Shown: positions 1-8,902, counted from the first letter of the stretch. The stretch is DNA of 64,000 nucleotides from an uncultured Candidatus Micrarchaeota archaeon (GCA_963714085.1 OY970229.1:288001-352000); one strand, 5' to 3'. Notes: generated from the letters alone by a model not told the origin. A program made the numbers and translations.

Positions 1-237
1 TAGAAAATCTGATATTCTAATCTCAAAGGTTCAAATCTCTGGCAGCACATACTTTGCTGCCTGTTGCGCCCTAACCACTACCCTAATTAACTTTGACGCT
101 CTCTTTTGCATGGGATTGCCTTTTGGGGGGAGTCTGAACCCTAGTAAGCTCAGACGATGATACCCATTGGCATAACTAGCAATTAAGCATTTCTACAGAG
201 CCATAAAACTTATAATCCTTAGACAAGTAAGGAAATC

Positions 238-744
238 ATGAAGAATACGCTATGCCTCATCCTATGTTTGACGTTGTTGGGTAGTGGTTGCGTATCCAAA
301 GAGGGCCCCATAACCCAGCCCACAACAGGTTCGAATGAAGTGAATTGTAATAATATCCTCACCCCCGAACTGATAATTGTTATGCTTAACGGCTCCGCCT
401 CTTGGGTGTATGGCCCGCAAATGCAACCTGGTTTTAAGTTCTCTTCAGAGTTCATGAATAACCCGCCAGTTTGTCACTATGGAAATGCCATGGGGCAGAA
501 TGTGAATCACCTCTACTGCCAACCCTACGAGCATGGAACGCATATAGTATATGCGAGTGCAGAAAGAACGAATGTGAGCAGTAATGGAACAATCAGCAGC
601 CATGAATGTTATATTATAAATGTAAATGAGCTTGCACCAGGAGACGAAACGCCTCCCGAATTTCAAGCTGAGCTTAAGATGTACCCGAATGCAATTGCGT
701 ATCAGGCGTGGGATATAGTCAATGTAACGTGTGAACCGTGCTAA
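238..744 (+). CDS. Secreted/lipoprotein-like hypothetical protein (168 aa)
   Basis: N-terminal K + hydrophobic stretch ending LLGSGC (lipobox-like); several Cys; TTATAA box ~25 nt upstream of the ATG. Confidence 0.75.
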   Translation: MKNTLCLILCLTLLGSGCVSKEGPITQPTTGSNEVNCNNILTPELIIVMLNGSASWVYGPQMQPGFKFSSEFMNNPPVCHYGNAMGQNVNHLYCQPYEHGTHIVYASAERTNVSSNGTISSHECYIINVNELAPGDETPPEFQAELKMYPNAIAYQAWDIVNVTCEPC

Positions 745-853
745 ACGAAATAATGCGACCAAAGCGGGCCGCAAATCTGGTTTTGAATGCCGACTGTCAG
801 ATTAGATTAGTACTAAGAATCAGCGTAAGCTCTGCGCAATTCAAGCTCTGAAA

Positions 854-1750
854 TTAAATCTTGAGGTGTGCTCTCAGGGCGGGAACAATTCGGTAATAAC
901 AGATGAAACAGACACCACCATAGATATAACCGAAGTAGTGAGTGAGTATATCAACAAAACTTCCATTAACGGCTGGATTTGGCGGGAATATTAATAGCGG
1001 CGATGCAAAGAAAAGAAGGACTAGGATTGTCAAAAAAAGATAATTGGCGGGGTTGTCTGTTTTTTCGGATTGTATCTGTTTCAAAATTTCGTGTATTTCA
1101 TTTTTATCGAAGTATATACACCCGATCATAAAAGCAAAAATGATGCATGGATACAGTATATTTTGGTAGTAAGGGAGATAAATGACTGCTAGAAGAAACG
1201 CAGGGTACAAGATAAAAATAAGAAGCACCCCGTCTTTCAATAAATCTTTCCCAATTTTTTTACTTGCAAACAGAACAAGAATGAATAGAGTAAAAGCAAA
1301 AATTCCAGCCTCGATACCGGATAATCCTTGAGAAGTTTGCTCCTTTTGGAAATACCCCGGGGAAACGATTGGTGAGAGGTAAGTGACTAAGAAAAAGGTT
1401 AATGCGAGAATAATTATGAGATATAAGTAATTCCGTTTTTCGTTTATCTTAGTCAGTACCAATAACTGGGGGATGACAAATAAGAAATATGCAATCAGGT
1501 TATTTGAGTAATGGGTAAAATTAGTATGGACAAAGTTTGACGTGAAATATTGCCACCAACTGGGGTTTTTCATTTGAAGGACTAGCAGATCATGGATGTT
1601 CGATGGAACAAACATCAAAAGCGTGGCTATGCATGGCAACGCCAGAATAATTGCTAAATCAATCGGGCTGATAAGACTGAGTGTACCTCGAAGTTCGGTA
1701 AATATGTTTGCGATTTTTTGTATGTTGATTGATAATTTGGGTATTCTCAT
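854..1750 (-). CDS. Rhomboid-family intramembrane serine protease
   Basis: Multi-TM protein with WWQYFTSNFVHTNFTHYSNN (rhomboid loop/TM2 H-x4-H-x3-N), GLSG (GxSG catalytic Ser) and THYFG (catalytic His, HxxG). Confidence 0.75.
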   Translation of the reverse strand: MRIPKLSINIQKIANIFTELRGTLSLISPIDLAIILALPCIATLLMFVPSNIHDLLVLQMKNPSWWQYFTSNFVHTNFTHYSNNLIAYFLFVIPQLLVLTKINEKRNYLYLIIILALTFFLVTYLSPIVSPGYFQKEQTSQGLSGIEAGIFAFTLFILVLFASKKIGKDLLKDGVLLIFILYPAFLLAVIYLPYYQNILYPCIIFAFMIGCIYFDKNEIHEILKQIQSEKTDNPANYLFLTILVLLFFASPLLIFPPNPAVNGSFVDILTHYFGYIYGGVCFICYYRIVPALRAHLKI

Positions 1751-1818
1751 AGCGGTACCCTGTTATAAGGCATGATTGGTGATGTAAAACTTTAAATTAA
1801 TGCCTGCGATTTGAGAAT

Positions 1819-1953
1819 TCATTCAGAGTTGTACCTATCCTTCAAAAACAGATACGCTAACCCTAATATAACGCCTGCCCCGGCAACAGCAAACAAACTT
1901 ACCCCCATAACCAACGCGATTGAAAGCGCGCTGGATAAAATATCCATATTCAT
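1819..1953 (-). CDS. Small single-pass membrane protein (44 aa, MNMDILSSALSIALVMGVSLFAVAGAGVILGLAYLFLKDRYNSE), not in the ORF track
   Basis: Hand-translated; GAGGT just before the ATG, TTTAAATA-type box ~35 nt upstream, long hydrophobic helix followed by KDR. Confidence 0.6.
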   Translation of the reverse strand: MNMDILSSALSIALVMGVSLFAVAGAGVILGLAYLFLKDRYNSE

Positions 1954-2036
1954 GACCTCGTTTATTTACTACTTGTTTTTTCAGTCTATTTAAATGTGTG
2001 TTAACACGTAGACATCCAAGACTGAAGAGACGGCCG

Positions 2037-2069
2037 AGACTGCGAATCTCTCGTAGAGATTCGTAGTCT
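2037..2069. repeat. 13-7-13 inverted repeat AGACTGCGAATCT-CTCGTAG-AGATTCGTAGTCT
   Basis: Arms are reverse complements with one mismatch; a related copy lies at 2927-2959. Confidence 0.85.
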
Positions 2070-2165
2070 GAGCTTTGACTACATGCCCCATATTCAGATT
2101 ATTATTCCATTCAGAATATCTTTAACAGTAATATTAATATAATCGGAATATCATACGGGTATATT

Positions 2166-2897
2166 ATGGTCATGGAACGCAAGGGCTCCCGACGGCACCA
2201 AAAAACCGGATTCCTCGGATTGTTCAGGAAGAAGCTGAAGAACAAAAAACAATGGAAAGCGGATTGCGACTGGAAGGTCAGCGGAGAGAAGGACGGCATT
2301 GTTTATTACGCGGTGATAGACTTCCGTTTAAAAGAAAAAAGCGGATTGCTTTTCGATGAGAACGGGGTGGCTTACCATAAGGCCAGGTTCGAGGCGGACA
2401 CGGGCTTTGACGCGATCGATGGCGAGGATCACAGGACTTTCGATAGGGAACTTGTAGGGAATACCTGCTTGGCGAGCGGAATGATGAACCGATGCAGCCA
2501 ACTGCTGGAAGACACCTATACGGTCATGCCAAAGAAAGGCGCGAAAACCTGGAGGGAGTTTCTCGTATATTTCAACAGAAATAAGAGAAGGATTTGCGAT
2601 GAGGTGAACGAGATAGTGTCCGAGGCCGAGTACGCCGGTGATGTTTACGGTAAGAAAAAGCAGAGCAAAGACAAGATAATCAATGAGATTGCAAGGAAAA
2701 CCTTTGAACCGATAGAACCCTCAACGCTGGACCGATTTGATGTCTTCAAGGCGTGGTATACCGAAAAACTGAGGGGTCTGGATTATGCGAATATGGCCAA
2801 CAGAGTGGAATGGAAAGAAGAAGGGAAGATACGGGCGCTGGTAGTACGGGAATTAGAGGAACATGGATTTGTGAGAACAAAAGAAGAAAAACGATGA
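2166..2897 (+). CDS. Hypothetical cytoplasmic protein (243 aa)
   Basis: Long ORF with plausible charged composition; AT-rich promoter-like region upstream; no motif recognised. Confidence 0.7.
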   Translation: MVMERKGSRRHQKTGFLGLFRKKLKNKKQWKADCDWKVSGEKDGIVYYAVIDFRLKEKSGLLFDENGVAYHKARFEADTGFDAIDGEDHRTFDRELVGNTCLASGMMNRCSQLLEDTYTVMPKKGAKTWREFLVYFNRNKRRICDEVNEIVSEAEYAGDVYGKKKQSKDKIINEIARKTFEPIEPSTLDRFDVFKAWYTEKLRGLDYANMANRVEWKEEGKIRALVVRELEEHGFVRTKEEKR

Positions 2898-2913
2898 ATC
2901 GGGATTTCTTGCC

Positions 2914-2959
2914 GAGATTCGCAATCTGATTGCGAAACTTTATCAGAGATTCACAGTCT
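2914..2959. repeat. Second copy of the 13-7-13 site (TGATTGCGAAACT-TTATCAG-AGATTCACAGTCT, 2927-2959) plus an extra arm GAGATTCGCAATCT
   Basis: Same geometry and orientation as 2037-2069; arms differ by 3 and 2 nt. Confidence 0.75.
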
Positions 2960-2976
2960 GATTATGGATCCCTAGA

Positions 2977-3801
2977 TTAATTTTCAAAGACTTCGAACTC
3001 TTGCATATACCACCAATGAGTTCCATCTGTTTGATCTGCGGTAATTCGCAGGTATCTGGCATCAACTGAAGTGAAATTGTATTGAATTGGAACTTGTGGG
3101 GGACTCGAAGTTTCAGTTACTAACCTAGTCCAGTTATTACCGTCAAATGAATAATCAATATGCCACTTGACCGGGAAGTCAGACCATGAAGCGCCAGGAT
3201 TTGCGTATATCACAATTCTTCCAACGTTTGTTTGCGAACCGAGATCAACCTCCCACCAATTACCTGCATAATTAGCAGTGTTGGTTGCAAAACGATGCGC
3301 ATCCGTGTAAGTTGTAATATCGCCGTCTAGTGCCCCTTCCGCAGTTTGACTGTTTATGCTAGCTGTTGCGGTCTTACCTAACGCAAGATTAGTTCCTTGT
3401 GTTGTTATATCTGTACTTCGATTATACGAAATGCCTTGCTCTGTTTGAGACGTGGATATATTTGTTTCGTTATTCTGTTCTGAATTAATATTCGAAGAGC
3501 TACTAGCTTGTGTTTGGGCTGTTGGACAATCTCCACATTTGCTACATCTATATGATTGAATCCTCTTTTGTAAGGCTGGACTACCCCCACCGTATTCAAG
3601 TAAATCACAAACTTCTTGGCAATGGTCCTGATTTAGACCCGAGTCAGTCCGATTAACCATGCATAGAGCAACACAATAACTATTATCACTGTCGAGTATC
3701 CCTCTTCCAGGGCAATTTAAGCCAGTTTTCGAAGAGCTACCAGTGCATCCAAAAACTAAAAACAAACTTACCAAAATAAAAATAATGCAGATTTTATTCA
3801 T
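2977..3801 (-). CDS. Lipoprotein-like protein with C-terminal discoidin (F5/8 type C) carbohydrate-binding domain
   Basis: Signal ending VFGC; Cys-rich region; S/T/N linker; NLALGKTATAS...ALDGD...WWEVDLG...YSFDGNNW...ARYLRI...EFEVF is the F5/8C pattern. Confidence 0.85.
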   Translation of the reverse strand: MNKICIIFILVSLFLVFGCTGSSSKTGLNCPGRGILDSDNSYCVALCMVNRTDSGLNQDHCQEVCDLLEYGGGSPALQKRIQSYRCSKCGDCPTAQTQASSSSNINSEQNNETNISTSQTEQGISYNRSTDITTQGTNLALGKTATASINSQTAEGALDGDITTYTDAHRFATNTANYAGNWWEVDLGSQTNVGRIVIYANPGASWSDFPVKWHIDYSFDGNNWTRLVTETSSPPQVPIQYNFTSVDARYLRITADQTDGTHWWYMQEFEVFEN

Positions 3802-4012
3802 ACGTTCTCCCTCAATAAATGATAATGCTCGGTTGTTTAAATATTTGCGTAGTCGACCTGTAGTAAGAGCTAACTCTGATTTTACGAATTTGACGCTTAA
3901 TTCCCTTGTATTTCCCTATAATTTCCCTAATCCCACGTCTGAGAGCTTTTTAACATGGAAATATCCACTGTCTCATTCAAGAATTTTATAACACCTAAAA
4001 TCCAACTATATC

Positions 4013-4216
4013 ATGGCTGACCCGTCTGTGATCGTGGATAAACTGCTCAATTACCTTTCAAAAGAACCGGCCTCAACCCACCAGATCGTATGCGCTACGA
4101 AGCTGCACAACCAAACCGTTAAGAAATACCTCCGGATAATCGAGGATGTCCAGAATTCGCCGAAGTTGAAGAAAGAAGTGCGCGGAATACGGGTATTTTT
4201 CAGAAAAGACGTTTAA
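4013..4216 (+). CDS. Small winged-helix DNA-binding protein (67 aa)
   Basis: LLNYLSKEPASTHQIVCATKLHNQTVKKYL helix-turn-helix followed by a beta-wing (GIRVFFRK). Confidence 0.65.
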   Translation: MADPSVIVDKLLNYLSKEPASTHQIVCATKLHNQTVKKYLRIIEDVQNSPKLKKEVRGIRVFFRKDV

Positions 4217-4385
4217 GTCATTTTTGGTGAAAAATAACATATTTTCAGGTAAAATATGTGAAAACACACATAGATTTTGCTCCCATTATATCGCTATAGC
4301 ACTTCAAAACGTAGTTTTCAAGAAACATTTATAAACATTTTCATACACAATAGATATTAGGGTAAAATGATCGAAAGGTCATGGG

Positions 4386-5468
4386 ATGGGTTTCCAACCA
4401 ATCGCAACGGAGGTTTCCAGCAAAAACCGGATACTCCTAGATGAATTGGCCCTTACGTCCAGGTTCTCTAATAAAAACAGCCTTGGTTGCCGCCAGTTGG
4501 CCGGAGAACGCGTCCTGGAAGCGATAAAACGGCTTCCTGAGGGTCATCCGTCCGAGAACCTATTCATCTGCGGTCCTTCGGGTTCGGGCAAAACCGCCCT
4601 GGTCAGGTGGGCTGTGGACAAAATGGAACAAACTCAAAGGATATTATGTATATACTCCAACTGCCACAGATACAACACCTCGATGTCCATATTTACCAGG
4701 ATTGCGGATGCTTTGGGCGAACCGGTTTCAAGAAGGGGGCGGGCAGTCGATGAGATATTCGACCATATTGTAAAGCTCATGCGCTACTCAAAGAAGCCCG
4801 TCCTTCTCGTTCTTGATGATATTGAAGCGCTTGTCCAGTACGATGGCGCCCGGATACTCCAGAATATCGCGCATTTGGAGGAAGAAAACGTCCATTTCGC
4901 CATTATCGGGATATCCGATAACGAAACCGCGCTTTCGAAGCTTCCGCAAGAAACCCGCGAAGTACTAAGGTTCACAAAAGTAGAGATTCCCCAGTTCACT
5001 CGCGAGGAGCTGCTGGCCCTTCTTAAGGAACGTGCATCCATGGGTTTGCGGCCTGGTTCTTACGACAGTTCGCTGATAGAAGCAATAGCGGGCATAAGCG
5101 AGGCGGTCAATGGAGGAGGTCGTTTCGCTCTTGAAATCTTATGGAGGGCTGCGAGAAGTTCGGAGGAACGGGGACTTGACTCGATACCCCAGCAGGAACT
5201 GGAACGCATAAAGGACAGCTTAGGGCTCCAAGAACGGGAGTTATCCCAGGGCGAGCTTGAAATAGTCAGATTGCTCAAGGACGGCCCTAAAACATCCTCG
5301 ATGCTTTACGCATTGTTCTGGAGGAAAATATCGAAATCCCAGCGGCAGATACGCAACTACATTCATTCCATGGAAGAAAAGGGCATTGTCGAGACCCGAT
5401 TTGTGCGAGGCAAGTACAACTACGGCTCAACGATCATACAACTTAGCGGAGGCTGGGAGCATGACTAA
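4386..5468 (+). CDS. cdc6: Cdc6/Orc1-like replication initiator AAA+ ATPase (island-encoded)
   Basis: NLFICGPSGSGKT Walker A, IYSNC, LVLDDIE Walker B, IIGISD sensor 1, ELLALLKER and R-x-ALEIL-x-RAA helices, C-terminal wHTH. Confidence 0.85.
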   Translation: MGFQPIATEVSSKNRILLDELALTSRFSNKNSLGCRQLAGERVLEAIKRLPEGHPSENLFICGPSGSGKTALVRWAVDKMEQTQRILCIYSNCHRYNTSMSIFTRIADALGEPVSRRGRAVDEIFDHIVKLMRYSKKPVLLVLDDIEALVQYDGARILQNIAHLEEENVHFAIIGISDNETALSKLPQETREVLRFTKVEIPQFTREELLALLKERASMGLRPGSYDSSLIEAIAGISEAVNGGGRFALEILWRAARSSEERGLDSIPQQELERIKDSLGLQERELSQGELEIVRLLKDGPKTSSMLYALFWRKISKSQRQIRNYIHSMEEKGIVETRFVRGKYNYGSTIIQLSGGWEHD

Positions 5469-5640
5469 CGGGTTAATGATATCGAAAACGAGAGTTAAGA
5501 TGTTTCTCAAGAAGCAGGATATGCGAGTTTCGGAGAATTTTTACCGGGCTTTGGATGATGAGATTCAAGCTATCCTTTTGAAAGTGACAAAGCGAGCCAA
5601 GAGCGATAAACGCACAACCGTTCTTGCGCGTGATGTTTAG
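5461..5640 (+). CDS. Minimal histone-fold protein (59 aa, alpha3-truncated type)
   Basis: MTNGLMISKTRVKMFLKKQDMRVSENFYRALDDEIQAILLKVTKRAKSDKRTTVLARDV: RVS loop 1, long alpha2, terminal RxTxxxxD; ATG overlaps the cdc6 3' end. Confidence 0.8.
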   Translation: MTNGLMISKTRVKMFLKKQDMRVSENFYRALDDEIQAILLKVTKRAKSDKRTTVLARDV

Positions 5641-5779
5641 CACAAATAACCGACGATATTTATAGCAATTGCGAATTCAATTGTTCTAAGCCTTAAAACG
5701 CTTGAATCCAGCCGCTGGTGGGCCTGTTTTTTCGCCTTTCCGACAATTGCAAATCGCAATTGTTCATACGATTTGGGCG

Positions 5780-8035
5780 TCAATTCGCTTGAATTCGCTC
5801 AGAAACTCGTGCGGAATTATTGAATAATCTATCGAGGGTTTCTTTAATTTCAGTTCGAAGTATGACGTTGCCGTAAGGATCATAAGTTGATTTAAGCTCA
5901 CGGTTCGTCACCAAAATATAGTAAGTTTTGAACTCGGCTTTAACCTTATCGAATTTCTGTTTCAATGTTTTTTCCTCATCGTGTGAACCTGTTTCAACTT
6001 CAAACGCTATGTTCTCCTTGTCAAAAACAACCACGTCCGGCTTGACGGTATCATAGAGTAACGCGTTCTTTCCGTACTTCTCAATCTCCATCTGCAGTAT
6101 CCTGCAAAAATAGTAATGCTCCGGCCCCTGATTGGTTGGGGGCTTGACGAGCGTTTTTTGTCCTTTGCCCGGGCCAAACGGATTCGTGTCCAATTCAACA
6201 TAGCCGTGTTCCCTGCACATCCTGGCCTGCTCCTCGGTCAGATCCTTGACGAAGAAAAAACCCTCCCTGAGATTGAACCGCTTGGGTGGCCGTTGCACCG
6301 GCCTGTCTACGGTCTCGATTTTCCCGCTCGTTTGCTTCGGATCGGTGGTGAACAGGTTGTGCATGATCTCCGGTACCGTTATCTGGAACTTGAAATTCCC
6401 CTCCTCGCTTAACAGCAGGCCACTCCCCTTGTTGCATTTTATCAGGTAATCCCTTTCCTCTGCGTTCAGCTTCAGCGAGGCGCTAATAGCCTCTATGTTG
6501 CTGGTGCTCTGCTTCATCAGGATTTTCGTGGCCGACAGGTTGAGTATAGATTTTCCCGCGTCCGCCTTGTCGAAGTCCTCTATCTCCTGGGTTATGAATC
6601 CGAGCCCGACCCCGTATTTTCTCGCCGCCTTGATGTATTCAAGGACGTAATCCTCGGCGTTCTTGCTGCGCAGCAGCCCCCAGCCCTCGTCTATGAAGAT
6701 GAATTTCGGGGCCTTGTCCGCCTTCATCCTGCGCGAAACGAAGCCGAGGATGATGAACATGGCCAGGGGTTTAAGCGGCATCGGGATTTTACTCAAATCG
6801 AAGTTCACGATCCTGGCCTTCAGTTCCACGTTGGTGCGCCGGTCAAGGAAAGCGAAGAACCCGTTTTTGGAGTACATCGAAAGCCTGTTGACCAGAACCT
6901 CCAGCGTCCGGATATCTCTCGACCCCTTTTTCCTCTCCTTGTACATCTTCACGCTTTCGTCGTAAACGTCCGAGAACGTGGGCGGCTCGTTCTTCCAGGT
7001 CTTCTCTTCGAGCGGCAATATTCCGGATTCCTCGTAAGCCCTCGGAAGCAGCCGGTTGAGCGCTCCCTTCTGCGATTCCGTGAGGCCGCCGACTATTATG
7101 TCAAAGGCGGCTATCAGTTCCAGCATTTTTGCCTGGAAGCTCTGGTCGCCCAAATCGAACAGGTTGATGCTGTCCTCGGAATCCTGCGCTATCTGGACGT
7201 TCTGCCCTCCCAGCGACGCCACTGTTCCCGCATATTCGGCGTTCGGGTCTATGATGAATATGTCCGCTCCGGCATTGAAGAGGATCTGGACTATGAGGGA
7301 TTTGGCTGTGTAGCTCTTGCCCGAGCCGCTGGTTCCAAGGATGAAGAAGTGCTTGTTGCTGTACTTGTCAAAGTCCAGGTGTATCCTGTTGAGGGTTTCC
7401 AGCTCGTTCCCAAGGAAAACCCCCACCTTATCGGGTTTTGCCGGAGATATGAACGGGAATGTGGCCGCCAGGGAGTTGGTGGGGAATTCCTGCTGCACTC
7501 CCAGCTTGTCAGTGCCCAATGGGAGGCAGGAGCGCAGCGCCGGGGCCATCCGGAAATTGGCTGTTTTCGGTATGATCATTATGGCGTTCATGTTGGCCTT
7601 GCATTTTTCGGTCAACAGGTCGAGCTTGTCCAGGGAACTCTCCTTGTTGTTCACGTACAGCGACACGCGGAACAGCTTCTCCTCGCCCTTGTACAAGAGC
7701 TCGTGCAGATGCCGGGTGTCCGACAGCTTGATCTCCAGCGCCGGATTGGGCGTGCCTTTCTCCGTGCTCATGAACAGGTCTGCGGTCTGCTTGTTGATCT
7801 GGTCGTAGAGGAATATTATCGTCTGGTCTATGCTTGAGGGCTCGATGTGCAGGGAAATGTCGTAATTCTCGTTCTTGGACAGGAACGACCTGAGCCAGCC
7901 ATCATCTATTTTACGCGGGTACCCCACCGCTTCGATGACGCGGTAATAATATTCGTTCACCTTCGCATAATCCTTGCGGACCTCCATGTACGAGGGCATT
8001 ATGAGGCAAGTGAGAAGCTCGTCGTCGTTTATCAT
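5780..8035 (-). CDS. virB4: VirB4-like type IV secretion ATPase with C-terminal extension
   Basis: NKHFFILGTSGSGKS Walker A, IIDPNAEY, IFIDEGW Walker B, ARKYGVGLGFITQ, ILMKQ; N-terminal half resembles VirB4/TraC. Confidence 0.85.
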   Translation of the reverse strand: MINDDELLTCLIMPSYMEVRKDYAKVNEYYYRVIEAVGYPRKIDDGWLRSFLSKNENYDISLHIEPSSIDQTIIFLYDQINKQTADLFMSTEKGTPNPALEIKLSDTRHLHELLYKGEEKLFRVSLYVNNKESSLDKLDLLTEKCKANMNAIMIIPKTANFRMAPALRSCLPLGTDKLGVQQEFPTNSLAATFPFISPAKPDKVGVFLGNELETLNRIHLDFDKYSNKHFFILGTSGSGKSYTAKSLIVQILFNAGADIFIIDPNAEYAGTVASLGGQNVQIAQDSEDSINLFDLGDQSFQAKMLELIAAFDIIVGGLTESQKGALNRLLPRAYEESGILPLEEKTWKNEPPTFSDVYDESVKMYKERKKGSRDIRTLEVLVNRLSMYSKNGFFAFLDRRTNVELKARIVNFDLSKIPMPLKPLAMFIILGFVSRRMKADKAPKFIFIDEGWGLLRSKNAEDYVLEYIKAARKYGVGLGFITQEIEDFDKADAGKSILNLSATKILMKQSTSNIEAISASLKLNAEERDYLIKCNKGSGLLLSEEGNFKFQITVPEIMHNLFTTDPKQTSGKIETVDRPVQRPPKRFNLREGFFFVKDLTEEQARMCREHGYVELDTNPFGPGKGQKTLVKPPTNQGPEHYYFCRILQMEIEKYGKNALLYDTVKPDVVVFDKENIAFEVETGSHDEEKTLKQKFDKVKAEFKTYYILVTNRELKSTYDPYGNVILRTEIKETLDRLFNNSARVSERIQAN

Positions 8036-8902
8036 TCAGCGCACCTCCTTATCCGTGTTGAACGAATCATAGATCGTTATCCTGGAAAGATAGTCGTCGC
8101 CTATCTCGACATAGCCCTCGAAATACGACATGAGCAGCGATATGAGCTGGTTGTTCGTCAATCGTATGGCAACGAGCCCGCAGTAGCCCAGCCGTTCCTG
8201 TATCAACTCGGCCCGAAGATTCAGCTCCTTTACCTGGTCGTCCTCCTTGATTCGCCTGGTCATTGTGCGCTTATTTTCCAATGGGACTACGACGTAGTAG
8301 ATGCGCTCCTTTATGGCATGGCTTTCTATGAATTCGGTTTCGTATTTCCGGAATTCCTCGTATAGTTTCTTGAGGTTTTTAGCCCCGGACTTTTCTATGC
8401 GGGAATACTGGGCTGAATAATCCGGCTTCACGGAATTGACTGTGCGGACGATTATCTGTATCGGGAACGTGAGCTGGTTGAGGAATTCCCTGTAATTGAG
8501 GATCAGGGAGCGCTTTCTGGAATCGTCCATCAGCTCGAAGTTCACCGGCTTCACCAATACCACGGCGCGGAGCTCGCCGTTTTTCAGGAACATGGCGTTT
8601 CTTTCGATTTTTTTGACTTCTATGAACCCCTTCACCTTGGCGTCTAGGTACCCGCCAAGCCGTATGTCGGTCATGAACCCCAGCCAGGTCAGCAACTTGG
8701 TTTCTAAGTCGAAAATGGCGAAGCATACGCCAATCAACACGAATATCGATACCAGTGCGATTCTGGCTTCCTCAGGCAACGGCAAGCGATACGCCAAAGC
8801 AGCGATGACGAGGAACAATACGATGTACCCGAATTGCTTCAAGTCGAGATTGAGGAATATTTTCTCCTTGTATCTGATTGTGTCAGGTATGTCGTAACCC
8901 AT
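8036..8902 (-). CDS. PrgI/VirB3-like membrane protein fused to a TraC/VirB4-N-like domain
   Basis: YDIPDTIRYKEKIFLNLDLKQF then two TM helices (PrgI-like); VKPVNFELMD...FLNQLTFPIQI; probable ATG at 8902 with GTGAT RBS; abuts virB4. Confidence 0.65.
   Translation of the reverse strand: MGYDIPDTIRYKEKIFLNLDLKQFGYIVLFLVIAALAYRLPLPEEARIALVSIFVLIGVCFAIFDLETKLLTWLGFMTDIRLGGYLDAKVKGFIEVKKIERNAMFLKNGELRAVVLVKPVNFELMDDSRKRSLILNYREFLNQLTFPIQIIVRTVNSVKPDYSAQYSRIEKSGAKNLKKLYEEFRKYETEFIESHAIKERIYYVVVPLENKRTMTRRIKEDDQVKELNLRAELIQERLGYCGLVAIRLTNNQLISLLMSYFEGYVEIGDDYLSRITIYDSFNTDKEVR

Noticed and set aside
766..800. Possible third 13-7-13 site (GGGCCGCAAATCT...)
   Set aside because: Only the left arm partly matches; no right arm
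1811..1993. 60-aa + strand ORF
   Set aside because: The opposite strand encodes a better 44-aa membrane peptide with RBS and TATA
5386..5460. N-terminal extension of the 84-aa ORF 5386..5640
   Set aside because: Lies inside cdc6; the histone fold starts at ATG 5461 after a GGAG-like RBS
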